From a virus, in IMG/VR virus record IMGVR_UViG_3300002835_000030, positions 1 through 64,000 of that record: 64,000 nt of DNA. One strand, given 5' to 3'. Under the pieces are notes generated by a model. The model was not told where the DNA came from. It made no database searches and was given only the letters and a program-made list of their open reading frames with translations. This document shows, one piece after another, positions 30,584-40,614 of the stretch. The number at the start of each line of letters is the position of its first letter. Position 1 is the first letter of the stretch. Position numbers and translations under genes: made by a program.

Positions 30584-32004
30584 ACAATTATTTTATTATC
30601 TATTATTTCAAAGTTCTTATCTATTATTCTAAAATATAATTCTTGTTGGTTTTTATTTGCATTGGTGGATACTGTGCCATCATTTTCATGATGGAAATAA
30701 ATAAATAATGGTTTTGGGATTCGTTTACCCACATATCCAAGTTTCATCATCCTTAACCACATATCATAATCTTCCCACCCATTTAAATCTTCGTCATAAC
30801 CATTAACTTTTTCAAAAGATTCTCTATGAAACATTGAACAATTTACTATAAAAGGTCCTTTTACCAATCTTTCTTTACTCCATTCGGGTCTTTGTTCTAT
30901 TCCCTGAACTTGACCAACGTGATGGGTATCACAATAAACAGGACTAATATTTTTATCTTTAGAAAGTATATTCACACATGACTTAATATATCCATCTAAT
31001 ATCATATCATCAGAATCTAATGGTAAAATATATTGCCCTTTAGAATGTTTAAACGCCTCGTTTCTGGCGGATGAAGGTCCACCATTTTCTTTATAAATAA
31101 CTTTAATTCTATCGACACCCTCTAATTCTTTAAGTTTATGTTTTACGAATTCATCCGTAGAACCGTCATCAACTAAAATAATTTCAAAATTAGTGTAATC
31201 TTGATTAAATACTGAATTAAGTGTCTGATTTATTCTATTCCCATAATTATATATCGGCATTAGAATAGACACTAAAGGTTCTTTATCTTTTATTTTTTTA
31301 ATATTATAGGTATATGGGACTATTTTAGGTAGATTTTCTTTATGTTTTTCTACAAATTGTAGTCTATTATCTTCCCATTGTTGATTAGTTTGACCAATAG
31401 ATAAATGAGTTATTGCAATATCTGAAATTACACCTATTTTAACCCCACTTAAAAAATTAGTAAAACAAAAATCTACTTCATATAAATGGAATCCTTTGAT
31501 ACTTTCATCAAATGAGGTTTTTATCTTAGTTTTATTCACCACAAAAAATAAACCATCCACAATAACGGTTTCCTCAATCTTATTACCAAAAGATTCATTG
31601 TACTTAGATAACCATTTTTTACCTTCGTGTTGATGATAAACTTGTCCTACTACCTCAGTCATACCATAATCCCACCATCTTCCTGATGAAGGCATATATT
31701 TAGTACCTGCCTTACCGATAATCCCATAATCGGAATTCCTTTTAAAATGATTTAATAATTTTTTACCCCAATTATTAGACTCAAAGATAATATCATGGTG
31801 TAAAAAAACTACGATATCATTTTTGGCTTTCTTTAACCCCTTATTATATATTTCAGTTAATGAGAATTCACCGTTATTTTTATATCCTAAAAATTCAATC
31901 TTATTATGTAAACCCGAAGTTTTTTTTATGTGTTCTTCATGTGATTTTAAATCATATTGTGATGAACAGACAACAGTTATACCGTTTGTTATATTTCTTT
32001 CCAT
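30580..32004 (-). CDS. Two-domain GT-A glycosyltransferase (GT-like plus GT2)
   Basis: Domain 1 VVFLHHDI..VDGLF..GFHLY. Domain 2 VSILMPIYN, LVDDGSTD, LPLDSDD, WEDYD. Confidence 0.88.
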   Translation of the reverse strand: MERNITNGITVVCSSQYDLKSHEEHIKKTSGLHNKIEFLGYKNNGEFSLTEIYNKGLKKAKNDIVVFLHHDIIFESNNWGKKLLNHFKRNSDYGIIGKAGTKYMPSSGRWWDYGMTEVVGQVYHQHEGKKWLSKYNESFGNKIEETVIVDGLFFVVNKTKIKTSFDESIKGFHLYEVDFCFTNFLSGVKIGVISDIAITHLSIGQTNQQWEDNRLQFVEKHKENLPKIVPYTYNIKKIKDKEPLVSILMPIYNYGNRINQTLNSVFNQDYTNFEIILVDDGSTDEFVKHKLKELEGVDRIKVIYKENGGPSSARNEAFKHSKGQYILPLDSDDMILDGYIKSCVNILSKDKNISPVYCDTHHVGQVQGIEQRPEWSKERLVKGPFIVNCSMFHRESFEKVNGYDEDLNGWEDYDMWLRMMKLGYVGKRIPKPLFIYFHHENDGTVSTNANKNQQELYFRIIDKNFEIIDNKIIV

Positions 32005-32105
32005 GATACAAAGATAGTGATAAATAAATAAATAATAAATGCTAATATTAAATATTTGACACTTTATGGTTTTATTAGTATATTTATATGTATAAACATA
32101 ATCAT

Positions 32106-32369
32106 ATGGAGTGGAAACAGAATGAAATAATTTTTTTAAAAGATAATTACCATATATTGGGTCGAGCCGAATGTCAATGTGATTCTATTGTGTTGCCCTA
32201 CATGTCGCTCGAATAGGCAAACCGAATGCGACAGGCTATTAAAAAAGTTATTGTTAATGATAAAATATTTGATAGCGCTAAAGAAGCATCTTTATTTTTT
32301 AATTTATCTATTAGTTGTGTCTATTATAGGTGTAAAAAGAAAATTAAAAATTGGTCTTGGTTTAATTAA
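32106..32369 (+). pseudogene. Decayed homing endonuclease remnant
   Basis: MEWKQNEIIFLKDNY (Myb/HTH-like), an in-frame TAG at 32214-32216, then KKVIVNDKIFDSAKEAS..YRCK..W (NUMOD1-like). No nuclease domain. Confidence 0.6.
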
Positions 32370-32943
32370 TACCTGTAGAACCATAACCACCATCCCCTCT
32401 TTCTGTGTTTACATCTATTTCATCTACTTTTGAGAAGTTCACAATATTCTTAGATATAACGTTAGAAATAACACCTTGCGCTATTCTATCACCATTATTA
32501 ATTATAAAATCATTATCACTATGATTTATTAATATAACACCTATCTCACCTCTATAATCTGAATCTATTGTTCCGGGAGAATTTAATACTGCTACACCAT
32601 GTTTCGCAGAAAGACTACTACGTGATCTAACCTGTATTTCTAAATTCTCAGGAATTTCAAAATATAAACCAGTAGGTACTATTTTTATTGTATGTGGATT
32701 CAATATCATTGGTGTATCTAAATAAGCTCTTAAGTCAAAACCAGAAGAACCAGAAGTAGCGTATTCAGGGTCAGGATTATTTGAATTATTCGTATATTTA
32801 ATTTTTATTTTAAAATCAAAGTTTGTATCCGAAAAAGAAAAATTAGATTCGTCCATATTTTCAGTTTCATTAAAACTTTCTATTTGTTCCAATAAACTCT
32901 TTAGTTCATTTAATTCATTAAGTTCTCTTTCAAAATCTTCCAT
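32362..32943 (-). CDS. dut: Trimeric dUTPase with acidic N-terminal extension
   Basis: SGFDLRA, RSRSSLS, GTIDSDYRGEI, GDRIAQ, RGDGGYGSTG. Confidence 0.95.
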   Translation of the reverse strand: MEDFERELNELNELKSLLEQIESFNETENMDESNFSFSDTNFDFKIKIKYTNNSNNPDPEYATSGSSGFDLRAYLDTPMILNPHTIKIVPTGLYFEIPENLEIQVRSRSSLSAKHGVAVLNSPGTIDSDYRGEIGVILINHSDNDFIINNGDRIAQGVISNVISKNIVNFSKVDEIDVNTERGDGGYGSTGIN

Positions 32944-33504
32944 TTATTTCTTTTTACATTCAATTATTGCGAGTTCATTCGCCAATCTTAATATGGTTGA
33001 TAATGTACTCCCATACCATTTAGATTGTTTATCGTCATCAGTCTTATCATAATTAAGTATTGACTGATATTCTTCATCAGATAATTCAACACCATATCTT
33101 AATGAATAATATGCGGATCTTTCTCCCACTCTCATAGAAACTAAATCCTCATTAAAGTCATACATTTTACCTTGATTCTTTCTGTGCCACTCAGATTCAC
33201 AGAATTTATATAATTTGACTTTACCTAATTGGTGTAAGAAACAAACTTTAATTAACGATTTCTTATCTACCCTTTGTGATTCAGGTAAAATATCGTTTAA
33301 ATTAATTCCGTATTTAGTTACAGATAAAATATAATCTATTAACCCACCAGGAAAAGAGTTATACATACTTTCCATATTAGATGCCGGTGCACTATATAAA
33401 TCTTCACCCAAAAACTCTAATAAATTTTCAGGTAGGATATTATAGGTTTCATTAGTTTTATTAAACTTTTCCTTATTTTTTAATATTTTTTCTTTCAAAC
33501 TCAT
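32944..33504 (-). CDS. HD-domain-like protein (degenerate)
   Basis: APAS..PGGL..Y..LHQLGK resembles YhaM-like APAS..GGL..H..LHDLGK. Confidence 0.6.
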   Translation of the reverse strand: MSLKEKILKNKEKFNKTNETYNILPENLLEFLGEDLYSAPASNMESMYNSFPGGLIDYILSVTKYGINLNDILPESQRVDKKSLIKVCFLHQLGKVKLYKFCESEWHRKNQGKMYDFNEDLVSMRVGERSAYYSLRYGVELSDEEYQSILNYDKTDDDKQSKWYGSTLSTILRLANELAIIECKKK

Positions 33505-33536
33505 GATTTAAATAGTTTATTATAATAATAAAAAAA

Positions 33537-34826
33537 TTATTTCGATAAGTCAACTTCTACTACTTTTTTTTCCTCTACCAATTTAATATATAAGTCTCTT
33601 CTTTTCTCACATACTGATCTCATATCATATGTTCCATTCACGGTATTGTATAAATTCTCACCTAATTTTGTGATTAGATCTGGATTAAGAATTAATCTCT
33701 TAAGATGTGAATACCACAATTTATGATTTTTAATTGTAGGTACTAATAAACCATTACCATCTTCATTAATATCACCACCTTTTCCATATGCGTTTTTAAT
33801 GTCTATTTGATAAGGACCGAAATCTTGTGCGATTATCGCCTTCTTATGGAATCCCGATTCAATAACTTTAAGTTGGGATTTGACTTTATTAAATGTACTT
33901 TCTTTAAGTGGGGCGAGAGATATATCAAATAAATTGTAATTTGACGCATAAGAAGTAATAGGTTTAGTCCACACTCTTCTATATGGCTCATTATGTACAT
34001 TCTCATATTCTTTATTTTCAAAAGACAATAAGAATTTTTTATAATCTTCACTTATTATATTATAATCATCAGTAAAAATCTTTTCGTATTGATACCATAC
34101 AGATTCTTTTGGTTTAATCGGTCTTTGTTTTTGTTCACCTGTTTTTGGATCTATCATGGTCATAGTACCTCTTAAATCATAACCACATAAAACAAATTGT
34201 ACTTTATCTAATAAATTATCTGACTTAAGTTTAGACATTAAACCTCTTAGTATTTCCAAATCCTTCATGTGTGAAGAACCTCCTAACCACCCAATTCGAA
34301 TTCTATCACTTTTCTCAGGGTTACTCTGATATTGTTTTTCTTCAGTATTAATTGCGTTTGGTAATACAAATACATTCTTATTTAATTTAGAAATCTCATC
34401 TGCAAATACTGAAGTTGTGGTTGTGACATTTCTAGATACTTTGATATTATTTGCAATCTTCTTATCTAAATCGTTTTGTTTGATGATTTGCCACGCTGGG
34501 TGATCTGGTCCAGGTGACCAATGATCATCAATGTCCATAACTGTTGCAACACCTAATTCATCACATCTTTCTAATAATTTTGGTAGATTGTCGTAATCAC
34601 CTAATGTTCTATGATAATGAATTAAATCATATTGTTTAAGATAGTTATCGTCATTTAATTGTGGTTCGTAATCAATATCCACATGAAACTCATTAGGGAA
34701 GTATTCCCCTAATTTAATATGTGGTATTGTAGATCTGTAATAAGAAACTCCTGTTCTGTCACTAGGTACTACCAATACCTTTATTTTGTGACTGACTGGG
34801 GTGATAATGTTTTTAATTTTATTCAT
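33537..34826 (-). CDS. GT-B fold glycosyltransferase (GT4-like)
   Basis: GVSYYRS..PH, DIDDHW, RIGWLGGSSH, DISLAPL..FNKVKSQLKVIE. Confidence 0.85.
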   Translation of the reverse strand: MNKIKNIITPVSHKIKVLVVPSDRTGVSYYRSTIPHIKLGEYFPNEFHVDIDYEPQLNDDNYLKQYDLIHYHRTLGDYDNLPKLLERCDELGVATVMDIDDHWSPGPDHPAWQIIKQNDLDKKIANNIKVSRNVTTTTSVFADEISKLNKNVFVLPNAINTEEKQYQSNPEKSDRIRIGWLGGSSHMKDLEILRGLMSKLKSDNLLDKVQFVLCGYDLRGTMTMIDPKTGEQKQRPIKPKESVWYQYEKIFTDDYNIISEDYKKFLLSFENKEYENVHNEPYRRVWTKPITSYASNYNLFDISLAPLKESTFNKVKSQLKVIESGFHKKAIIAQDFGPYQIDIKNAYGKGGDINEDGNGLLVPTIKNHKLWYSHLKRLILNPDLITKLGENLYNTVNGTYDMRSVCEKRRDLYIKLVEEKKVVEVDLSK

Positions 34827-35008
34827 AATTTTTTATTATCTCAAATATTATAGAGTTATTTTTTTTGTAATCGGTTGCCCATATTACTTCACAATTATAA
34901 TCTTATTTTTTCACTAAGTAAAGTTTATAAAAAGAAAGAAGAATTTTCTAAATATATTAAATAACTAAAAATAACTCATTCGTCTATTTTTTTAAGAAAC
35001 ACCTAAAA

Positions 35009-35033
35009 TAAAAAAAACCCTCCGAAGAGGGTT
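35009..35033 (-). terminator. Rho-independent terminator
   Basis: Minus strand aaccctc-ttcg-gagggtt followed by a T-run (cUUCGg loop). Confidence 0.85.
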
Positions 35034-35037
35034 CTTT

Positions 35038-35589
35038 TTATTTTCTTTTTTTATTTGGTAGTGGTTTTAATGTTCCACCGAATATAGTATCACCTATTTT
35101 AATTTTAATGTCTTCAGTGACTAAAGATTTATCTAAATATTCTTCTACTACTGATCTTACAACATCTTCTATTTCTTCTCTAACAATTTGTCTAATATTA
35201 TCTACGTCAATATTCTTAGGTGTTGTTTGTGTCATAGGTTTTTGTGTGGGTACACTTTCATTTACTAATTCCACAACATCATCCAACTCAAATGTATGGT
35301 AAGGTGTTTCAGGTATATGTATTGGGTTGTCTATCATCGCTTGTTTTATAAAATCAGGCATTTTAGATTTTTCTAAATTCCTATATCTACCATTTTGTGG
35401 TGCAACACTATTAGTGGAAGTTTTTTTATTCTTATTAATATAGTTTTCTGTTAAATTAGGTATTTCTTTTTCTTGGCTAGAAAACATATTTGCCCCGCCA
35501 CTATTCATATTTGTGGAACCATGATTTTCTTCCGTCTTTTGCATTACCGCTTTAGACCTACTTAATATTTCTACTAATCTATTACTCAT
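35038..35589 (-). CDS. Hypothetical (head-associated?) protein
   Basis: 183 aa, containing IRQIVREEIEDVVRSVVEE. Confidence 0.6.
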   Translation of the reverse strand: MSNRLVEILSRSKAVMQKTEENHGSTNMNSGGANMFSSQEKEIPNLTENYINKNKKTSTNSVAPQNGRYRNLEKSKMPDFIKQAMIDNPIHIPETPYHTFELDDVVELVNESVPTQKPMTQTTPKNIDVDNIRQIVREEIEDVVRSVVEEYLDKSLVTEDIKIKIGDTIFGGTLKPLPNKKRK

Positions 35590-35595
35590 AACTTT

Positions 35596-35964
35596 TTAAT
35601 CAAATTTAATTATATTATATATCTGTATCATATCTTTATCACCGTTAGGATTGAATAAAGGTTTTGGTTCATAAAATTGACCCCCTAATTTTCTTAAACC
35701 ATTCATCCTATCAACTCTAAACAATTTCCATCCTGGTTGTATTGTCTTAGTGTCACCACCTAACTGATAAACCCTTACCACATCATTACCCGCAGTAGAT
35801 TTACCATAACAATAGATTTGTACCCATCTTTTACCTTTACCACCAGGATCCTCACCATCGTCATAATAAACTTCTGCGATGCGTTTACCATTCATACAAT
35901 CCATAATTGTATTTCTTCCCGCAACTTCAAGTATAAGACTTTTCGCTAAGTTGTAAAGAGTCAT
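35596..35964 (-). CDS. Stand-alone WYL-like (Sm-fold) domain protein
   Basis: Y..G.R.V..YCYG..VRVYQ..GWKLFRVDRM. Confidence 0.7.
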   Translation of the reverse strand: MTLYNLAKSLILEVAGRNTIMDCMNGKRIAEVYYDDGEDPGGKGKRWVQIYCYGKSTAGNDVVRVYQLGGDTKTIQPGWKLFRVDRMNGLRKLGGQFYEPKPLFNPNGDKDMIQIYNIIKFD

Positions 35965-35975
35965 CTTTTATTTTA

Positions 35976-36332
35976 TTAGAATACGTTAGGTGTATCGTTA
36001 TTGTTATTGATATAGTTTAAGTAAGTTTTGTTCGGTCCGTAACCTTTAGGTCCTAAAGTAGTATCGTATTTTGCTTCATTACTAGCAATTAGTTGATTTC
36101 TACCACTACCAGGATAAATAGGATTACCTTTGATGTCGATTTCATTACCACCTTTGACTGTGTTTAACTGATCGCTATTACCACCAGTACCCCTACCTTT
36201 GTTGTCTCCATCAGATAATGCGTTAGGGTGTGTCTCACCATATTTTTTACCATCACTATTTAAATAAGTGTTTTTAATTACATTCTCAACTCTAAATTGA
36301 TCCCCTAATTCCGATAATTTTGTTTTGTTCAT
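35976..36332 (-). CDS. Hypothetical protein
   Basis: 118 aa, HPNALSDGDNKGRGTG. Confidence 0.6.
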   Translation of the reverse strand: MNKTKLSELGDQFRVENVIKNTYLNSDGKKYGETHPNALSDGDNKGRGTGGNSDQLNTVKGGNEIDIKGNPIYPGSGRNQLIASNEAKYDTTLGPKGYGPNKTYLNYINNNNDTPNVF

Positions 36333-36337
36333 AATTT

Positions 36338-36904
36338 TTATATTTTAGATTCGTATATTATTAAATTTTTAATTCTTTTAACCTCTTCTGTCATACCCAT
36401 TGGTTCGTATATTGGTTTACCTCTTTTAATTTGTCCCGATATATCTTTCGCCATATTAGGTATTGAAAAAGTAGATTTATTTCTAATACTATTATTATTA
36501 TCTTTTTCGTGATTTTTAATAAATTGATTAGTTAAACCAGTATCGTTTTTTATTTTCTTTGGTGCTTTTATCGCCTCCCTTTCTCTGTTTAAAGTACCAT
36601 CTATCCAATTGTGCATTGTCTTACCACCATGTAATTTATACTCAATATCGTTGTGATCACCGTCAAAGTTATCAAACCAACTTTTAATAGTTTTCATATG
36701 GTTATATTTTAAATTATTATCTTCTAAAATACTCTTCGCCCTTTTATAACCTTCAGTAGTATTATTAGATTTAATATTTTCTTTCTGTAAAGTTTCATAC
36801 GTCTTAACTGCGTTACGTATTTCGTTAAGGGCGTAATCAGGTACTCTCCAAGATTTACCTTTTAATTTACTATTACCACCTTTATTCTCCTTTCTCTTCG
36901 CCAT
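36338..36904 (-). CDS. Hypothetical phage protein
   Basis: GYKRA..KSWFD..LHGG..W; ends in TEEVKRIKNLIIYE. Confidence 0.6.
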   Translation of the reverse strand: MAKRKENKGGNSKLKGKSWRVPDYALNEIRNAVKTYETLQKENIKSNNTTEGYKRAKSILEDNNLKYNHMKTIKSWFDNFDGDHNDIEYKLHGGKTMHNWIDGTLNREREAIKAPKKIKNDTGLTNQFIKNHEKDNNNSIRNKSTFSIPNMAKDISGQIKRGKPIYEPMGMTEEVKRIKNLIIYESKI

Positions 36905-37778
36905 ATTTCAATTTGTCCCCGATAAGTTCTCTATATCTCTCATCCATACTATAAATATCTACATTACTAATAAGGTGATTTAAAACTATAGATAATTCAT
37001 CACCTTTTAAATTTTCTTTCTTAATTAAATCTAAAAGACTATTTAATTTACGAATAACCATAGGTTTTTCATGTACATCTTTTAATTCAGACACATCGGG
37101 TATTCTAATCTCATCACCCACAATATCTTGTTCTCTCATTTTTTTTACAAAATCATTAGAAGAATTTTTTTTTCTCAACATAATTTCATCCACCAAAGAC
37201 TTCATATTTTCCTCACCCTCAAATAAATCAAAATCAAATTTTGTGTCATAATCTAAAGAATGTCCTCTCCACTTATCTACAGGTAAATCATCATATATTG
37301 GATCGGCGGGTTTATTATACTGTGATCTAATATCTCTATCCGATAACTTTCTAGAGTCTCTTATTTTTTTATCTTCAATATCTCTACCATATTTTTTTGT
37401 TGGTACTACATTTAATTCGTCATAGTAATCATTTTCTTCATTATCTAAATCTACGATATCACCATCAAAAACTTCAAACTCATTATAATTATCATCTTCG
37501 TCACCATAAACATCTAAATCAAACATATCATCCTCTTCATTAACCACATAAGAGTAATTTACCCCGTAATAAGGTCCTCCATATATAAAATATGCTTCAG
37601 GTCCTTGTGTAGAATTTCGTACAAAGTCATCTGAAGTTTTTTTAGATTTGATATGGTTTCTATTTTGTACATAATTATTAGTCGCACTTATCATTGAACC
37701 ATTTTTATTGACTAATTCTTGAATACTATTAGATTTCATATATTTACTAATATCAGATTTCTTAAAAGTTTTTTTCAT
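36882..37778 (-). CDS. Hypothetical acidic protein
   Basis: 298 aa, with late motif upstream (37796-37803). Confidence 0.6.
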   Translation of the reverse strand: MKKTFKKSDISKYMKSNSIQELVNKNGSMISATNNYVQNRNHIKSKKTSDDFVRNSTQGPEAYFIYGGPYYGVNYSYVVNEEDDMFDLDVYGDEDDNYNEFEVFDGDIVDLDNEENDYYDELNVVPTKKYGRDIEDKKIRDSRKLSDRDIRSQYNKPADPIYDDLPVDKWRGHSLDYDTKFDFDLFEGEENMKSLVDEIMLRKKNSSNDFVKKMREQDIVGDEIRIPDVSELKDVHEKPMVIRKLNSLLDLIKKENLKGDELSIVLNHLISNVDIYSMDERYRELIGDKLKYGEEKGE

Positions 37779-37838
37779 AATAAAAGTTTTATTATATAAA
37801 TATAACAGAAATCTAAATATTTATTTTAAAATGGAGAT

Positions 37839-38831
37839 ATGTCAATAAATAAATTTACTACATTACAAGATTTAGCAAGACAGGCAAAAATATTAAGTGG
37901 TGAAACTGCCACTTTTGATGGTAAGATTCAGGTTGGCGTCCCATTCAGTGGGTATCCGACAGGTGTAGACACAGGAACAACAGTGTCTTTAGGTATTGTT
38001 TCTTCTGAAAATGCGGTATTTAGCGGTAATGTACTAACATCTATTTTTGATGTGTCTAACACTGGTTCAACAAACTATAGCCCCATATTTAGTGGATATT
38101 CTGGAAGTGTATGGACAAATACATTGTTTAGTGGTAACACATCAGGTTTAACATTACCTATCACACCATTAAGTGCGGATACACAAATAGTTGGACCTTT
38201 TTGGTATTTAACCCAAACAGGAATGACGGGAGATTATGTTATCGGTACTCAATACACGGGATATAGTGTTACATATTCATTTTTTAATGTTACCCAAATA
38301 GGTACAGGATTAACATACTCAGGTTTTACATCCGCATCTCAAGAAAACTTTTCTGCCGGTACGTTAGATTATAAAGGTCCTTTAGATTACATTTCCTCAA
38401 AAGAAGATGCATCGGTAGAGGGAAGATTAACTACAAATAATATAACTATTAGTAATGGGGCATCCGCATCTACGATAGGGTATGTTTTGACACAAACTAA
38501 TGAAAATGGGGCAGGGGAATGGTTACCCAATAGAAGAACTACTACAGTAAATGCCGTTACCAACCCGGTCGTTAATGATGTAGAGGTTGTGTTTTATGGT
38601 TCTTCTAGTTCAGGTGGGACAATAACCTTTAATAGTGATATGATTGTATCGGGTAAAGAAGTAATATTAATTAGGGTATCGACAACTAATGTCGCCGGTA
38701 TTGCGAGTGCAGGCGGGGCGTTGATAAACGGTAGCGTGAATCCAGTTGCCCTACCCACCTCACTTTATTCCACAGTGTCCTGTATAAGTGATGGTACTAA
38801 CTGGTACTGTAGTAGTGGAACAACAATTTAA
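37839..38831 (+). CDS. Ser/Thr/Gly-rich virion surface (fibre-like) protein
   Basis: S/T/G-rich; GYVLT..NGAGEW and SDGTNW fibre motifs; late motif at 37817. Confidence 0.65.
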   Translation: MSINKFTTLQDLARQAKILSGETATFDGKIQVGVPFSGYPTGVDTGTTVSLGIVSSENAVFSGNVLTSIFDVSNTGSTNYSPIFSGYSGSVWTNTLFSGNTSGLTLPITPLSADTQIVGPFWYLTQTGMTGDYVIGTQYTGYSVTYSFFNVTQIGTGLTYSGFTSASQENFSAGTLDYKGPLDYISSKEDASVEGRLTTNNITISNGASASTIGYVLTQTNENGAGEWLPNRRTTTVNAVTNPVVNDVEVVFYGSSSSGGTITFNSDMIVSGKEVILIRVSTTNVAGIASAGGALINGSVNPVALPTSLYSTVSCISDGTNWYCSSGTTI

Positions 38832-38833
38832 AT

Positions 38834-40483
38834 ATGAGTAACATATACCAACATAATTTCGACAATTGTATGAAAATGAGATTAAGTAATAGTGATTACT
38901 GGGACTTATTTCTTTGTAACAATTGTACAGATGAACAAAATAATAATCAAATATTAGATGATTGTATATTAGTAGATATCGATATTAACAACGATAATTC
39001 TTTTTCCGGCAATACATTATATAGTTTAACAACATGGACAGGTGCAACAATTAATGGTAGTGGTATAACTTTAAATGATATTGGGTTAACTGGAATTGAT
39101 AATGGTTTTATTTTATATGATTGTACAGGATCAACAAGTGGACAAACTTTCTTATCTGCGTTCACAGGATCAACCTTATCGTTAACATCCGGAGATACAA
39201 GATTCTCTATGTCTAGAGTTACTGGATGTACTTATGAATACCCAATAGAAATATTATCAGGATTGACAGAAGGTAGATACGCTAATTTATGTGGTGGATT
39301 CTATCAAGGTTTCTTTAAGTTATCAGATAAAACATATTTCGAAGAAATAACAGATAATAAATTTACTTGGCCCTTAGAATGGTTTAATTGCCCACCTGTG
39401 TGTACAGGTGATACAACAGTACCATCGGGACAAACATGTGACTTAAACCCTAATTTGGCGTACCAATGTTATAATGATGGAAAACCTATTCCTTACAACT
39501 ACGAAATACTTCCTAAAAGATTAGGTGGTATGGGTGGTGAACTTAAAACGTGTTTAGATGGATGGACTGCCACATTTATGTTAAATAAAAGTTCTGAATC
39601 TTGTACGGGTAATACATTAAATAATTTGTACCCTAATAATAAAGGTTTCTTCTTTTATATGGGTACTAGATCAGAAAATAAGTTTTGGGATTTATTTAGT
39701 GGTGAAACAGGGTATACAACCTCATCAGGTTATCCTTTACCACCACCAAAAGTAACTACAACTGAATTAAATAATAACCCATTCTTAGTTTATCAACCCG
39801 CAGGATGTTGTTGTTTTACTGGGATAACAACAGAAACAACACAAGAAAAAGATCGGAATATAGATTTGTTAGATAACGCATTAGGATTTTTAATTAAAGA
39901 TGATGGTAGTATTGGTTTTAGGAGAGTAAATTTAACGAGTATATGTTCTGCAGTTACAGAAACTTATACCGTTGATTGTAACGAACAGTGTGGTTGTGGA
40001 TGTAGTAGTGAAGATGGAATAAAGACAGGTATTACTACAACCACAAAATATTTGACTGGTTTAACCATAAATGAATGTTACAGTGATATTAATTTAATTA
40101 ATGAAGATGAATGGACACATGTCACCATTAGATTTAAACCTTATGAATCATACGAAGATTGTAAATTAAATTTTATTCCTCAAAGGAAGGGAACATTAAC
40201 AGTTTATATAAATGGTTTTCTTAAATGGAAGTTAGATGATTTTGATGAATTTATTTTTAAAGAACTTGACGAACATAGAGAAAAACAACAGGGTGTACCG
40301 TTTAACTATAGTTTAGGTGGTGGTACACAAGGGTTGATAGAAAGTAATACGGTAAATGGTCCAGATGTGAAAGATAGAAGTTTGTTTTTAGAACAAAATT
40401 TTAGTGGTACCTTTGAGGGGGGTATTTCCACATTTAAACTTTATGGCTGTAGTTTAGATGTAACAACCATAAGAGATGAATAA
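38834..40483 (+). CDS. Cys-rich virion protein with LamG/ConA-like C-terminal domain
   Basis: WTHVTIRF..LTVYING..LGGG..FEGGISTFKLY; about 24 Cys. Confidence 0.6.
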   Translation: MSNIYQHNFDNCMKMRLSNSDYWDLFLCNNCTDEQNNNQILDDCILVDIDINNDNSFSGNTLYSLTTWTGATINGSGITLNDIGLTGIDNGFILYDCTGSTSGQTFLSAFTGSTLSLTSGDTRFSMSRVTGCTYEYPIEILSGLTEGRYANLCGGFYQGFFKLSDKTYFEEITDNKFTWPLEWFNCPPVCTGDTTVPSGQTCDLNPNLAYQCYNDGKPIPYNYEILPKRLGGMGGELKTCLDGWTATFMLNKSSESCTGNTLNNLYPNNKGFFFYMGTRSENKFWDLFSGETGYTTSSGYPLPPPKVTTTELNNNPFLVYQPAGCCCFTGITTETTQEKDRNIDLLDNALGFLIKDDGSIGFRRVNLTSICSAVTETYTVDCNEQCGCGCSSEDGIKTGITTTTKYLTGLTINECYSDINLINEDEWTHVTIRFKPYESYEDCKLNFIPQRKGTLTVYINGFLKWKLDDFDEFIFKELDEHREKQQGVPFNYSLGGGTQGLIESNTVNGPDVKDRSLFLEQNFSGTFEGGISTFKLYGCSLDVTTIRDE

Positions 40484-40614
40484 GCAACTTATATTTCTAG
40501 TTTTGGTTTGGATACTTATGAGCCACCTATTATTTTAGAGGAGGATATTCAACTAAATATTAAATAAGTCTGAGAAATATTTAATATTTTAATATATTTA
40601 TAAATAAAATACAC

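Noticed and set aside
32160-32240. c-di-GMP-I riboswitch (ggcaaacc) or HDV/theta-like ribozyme (ccgaat)
   Set aside because: It lacks the GAAA/GACGCAAA elements of the riboswitch, and HDV P2/P3/L3 cannot be fitted convincingly.
7613-34826. Host capsule/LPS locus misassembled into the contig
   Set aside because: It is interleaved and co-oriented with phage genes (gp55-like sigma, phoH, dut) and lacks wzx/wzy/wzm/wzt or a priming phosphotransferase.
34827-35008. Possible ncRNA or replication origin in the long AT-rich gap
   Set aside because: Only an 8-codon ORF and promoter-like AT sequence were seen; no repeats or stable structure.
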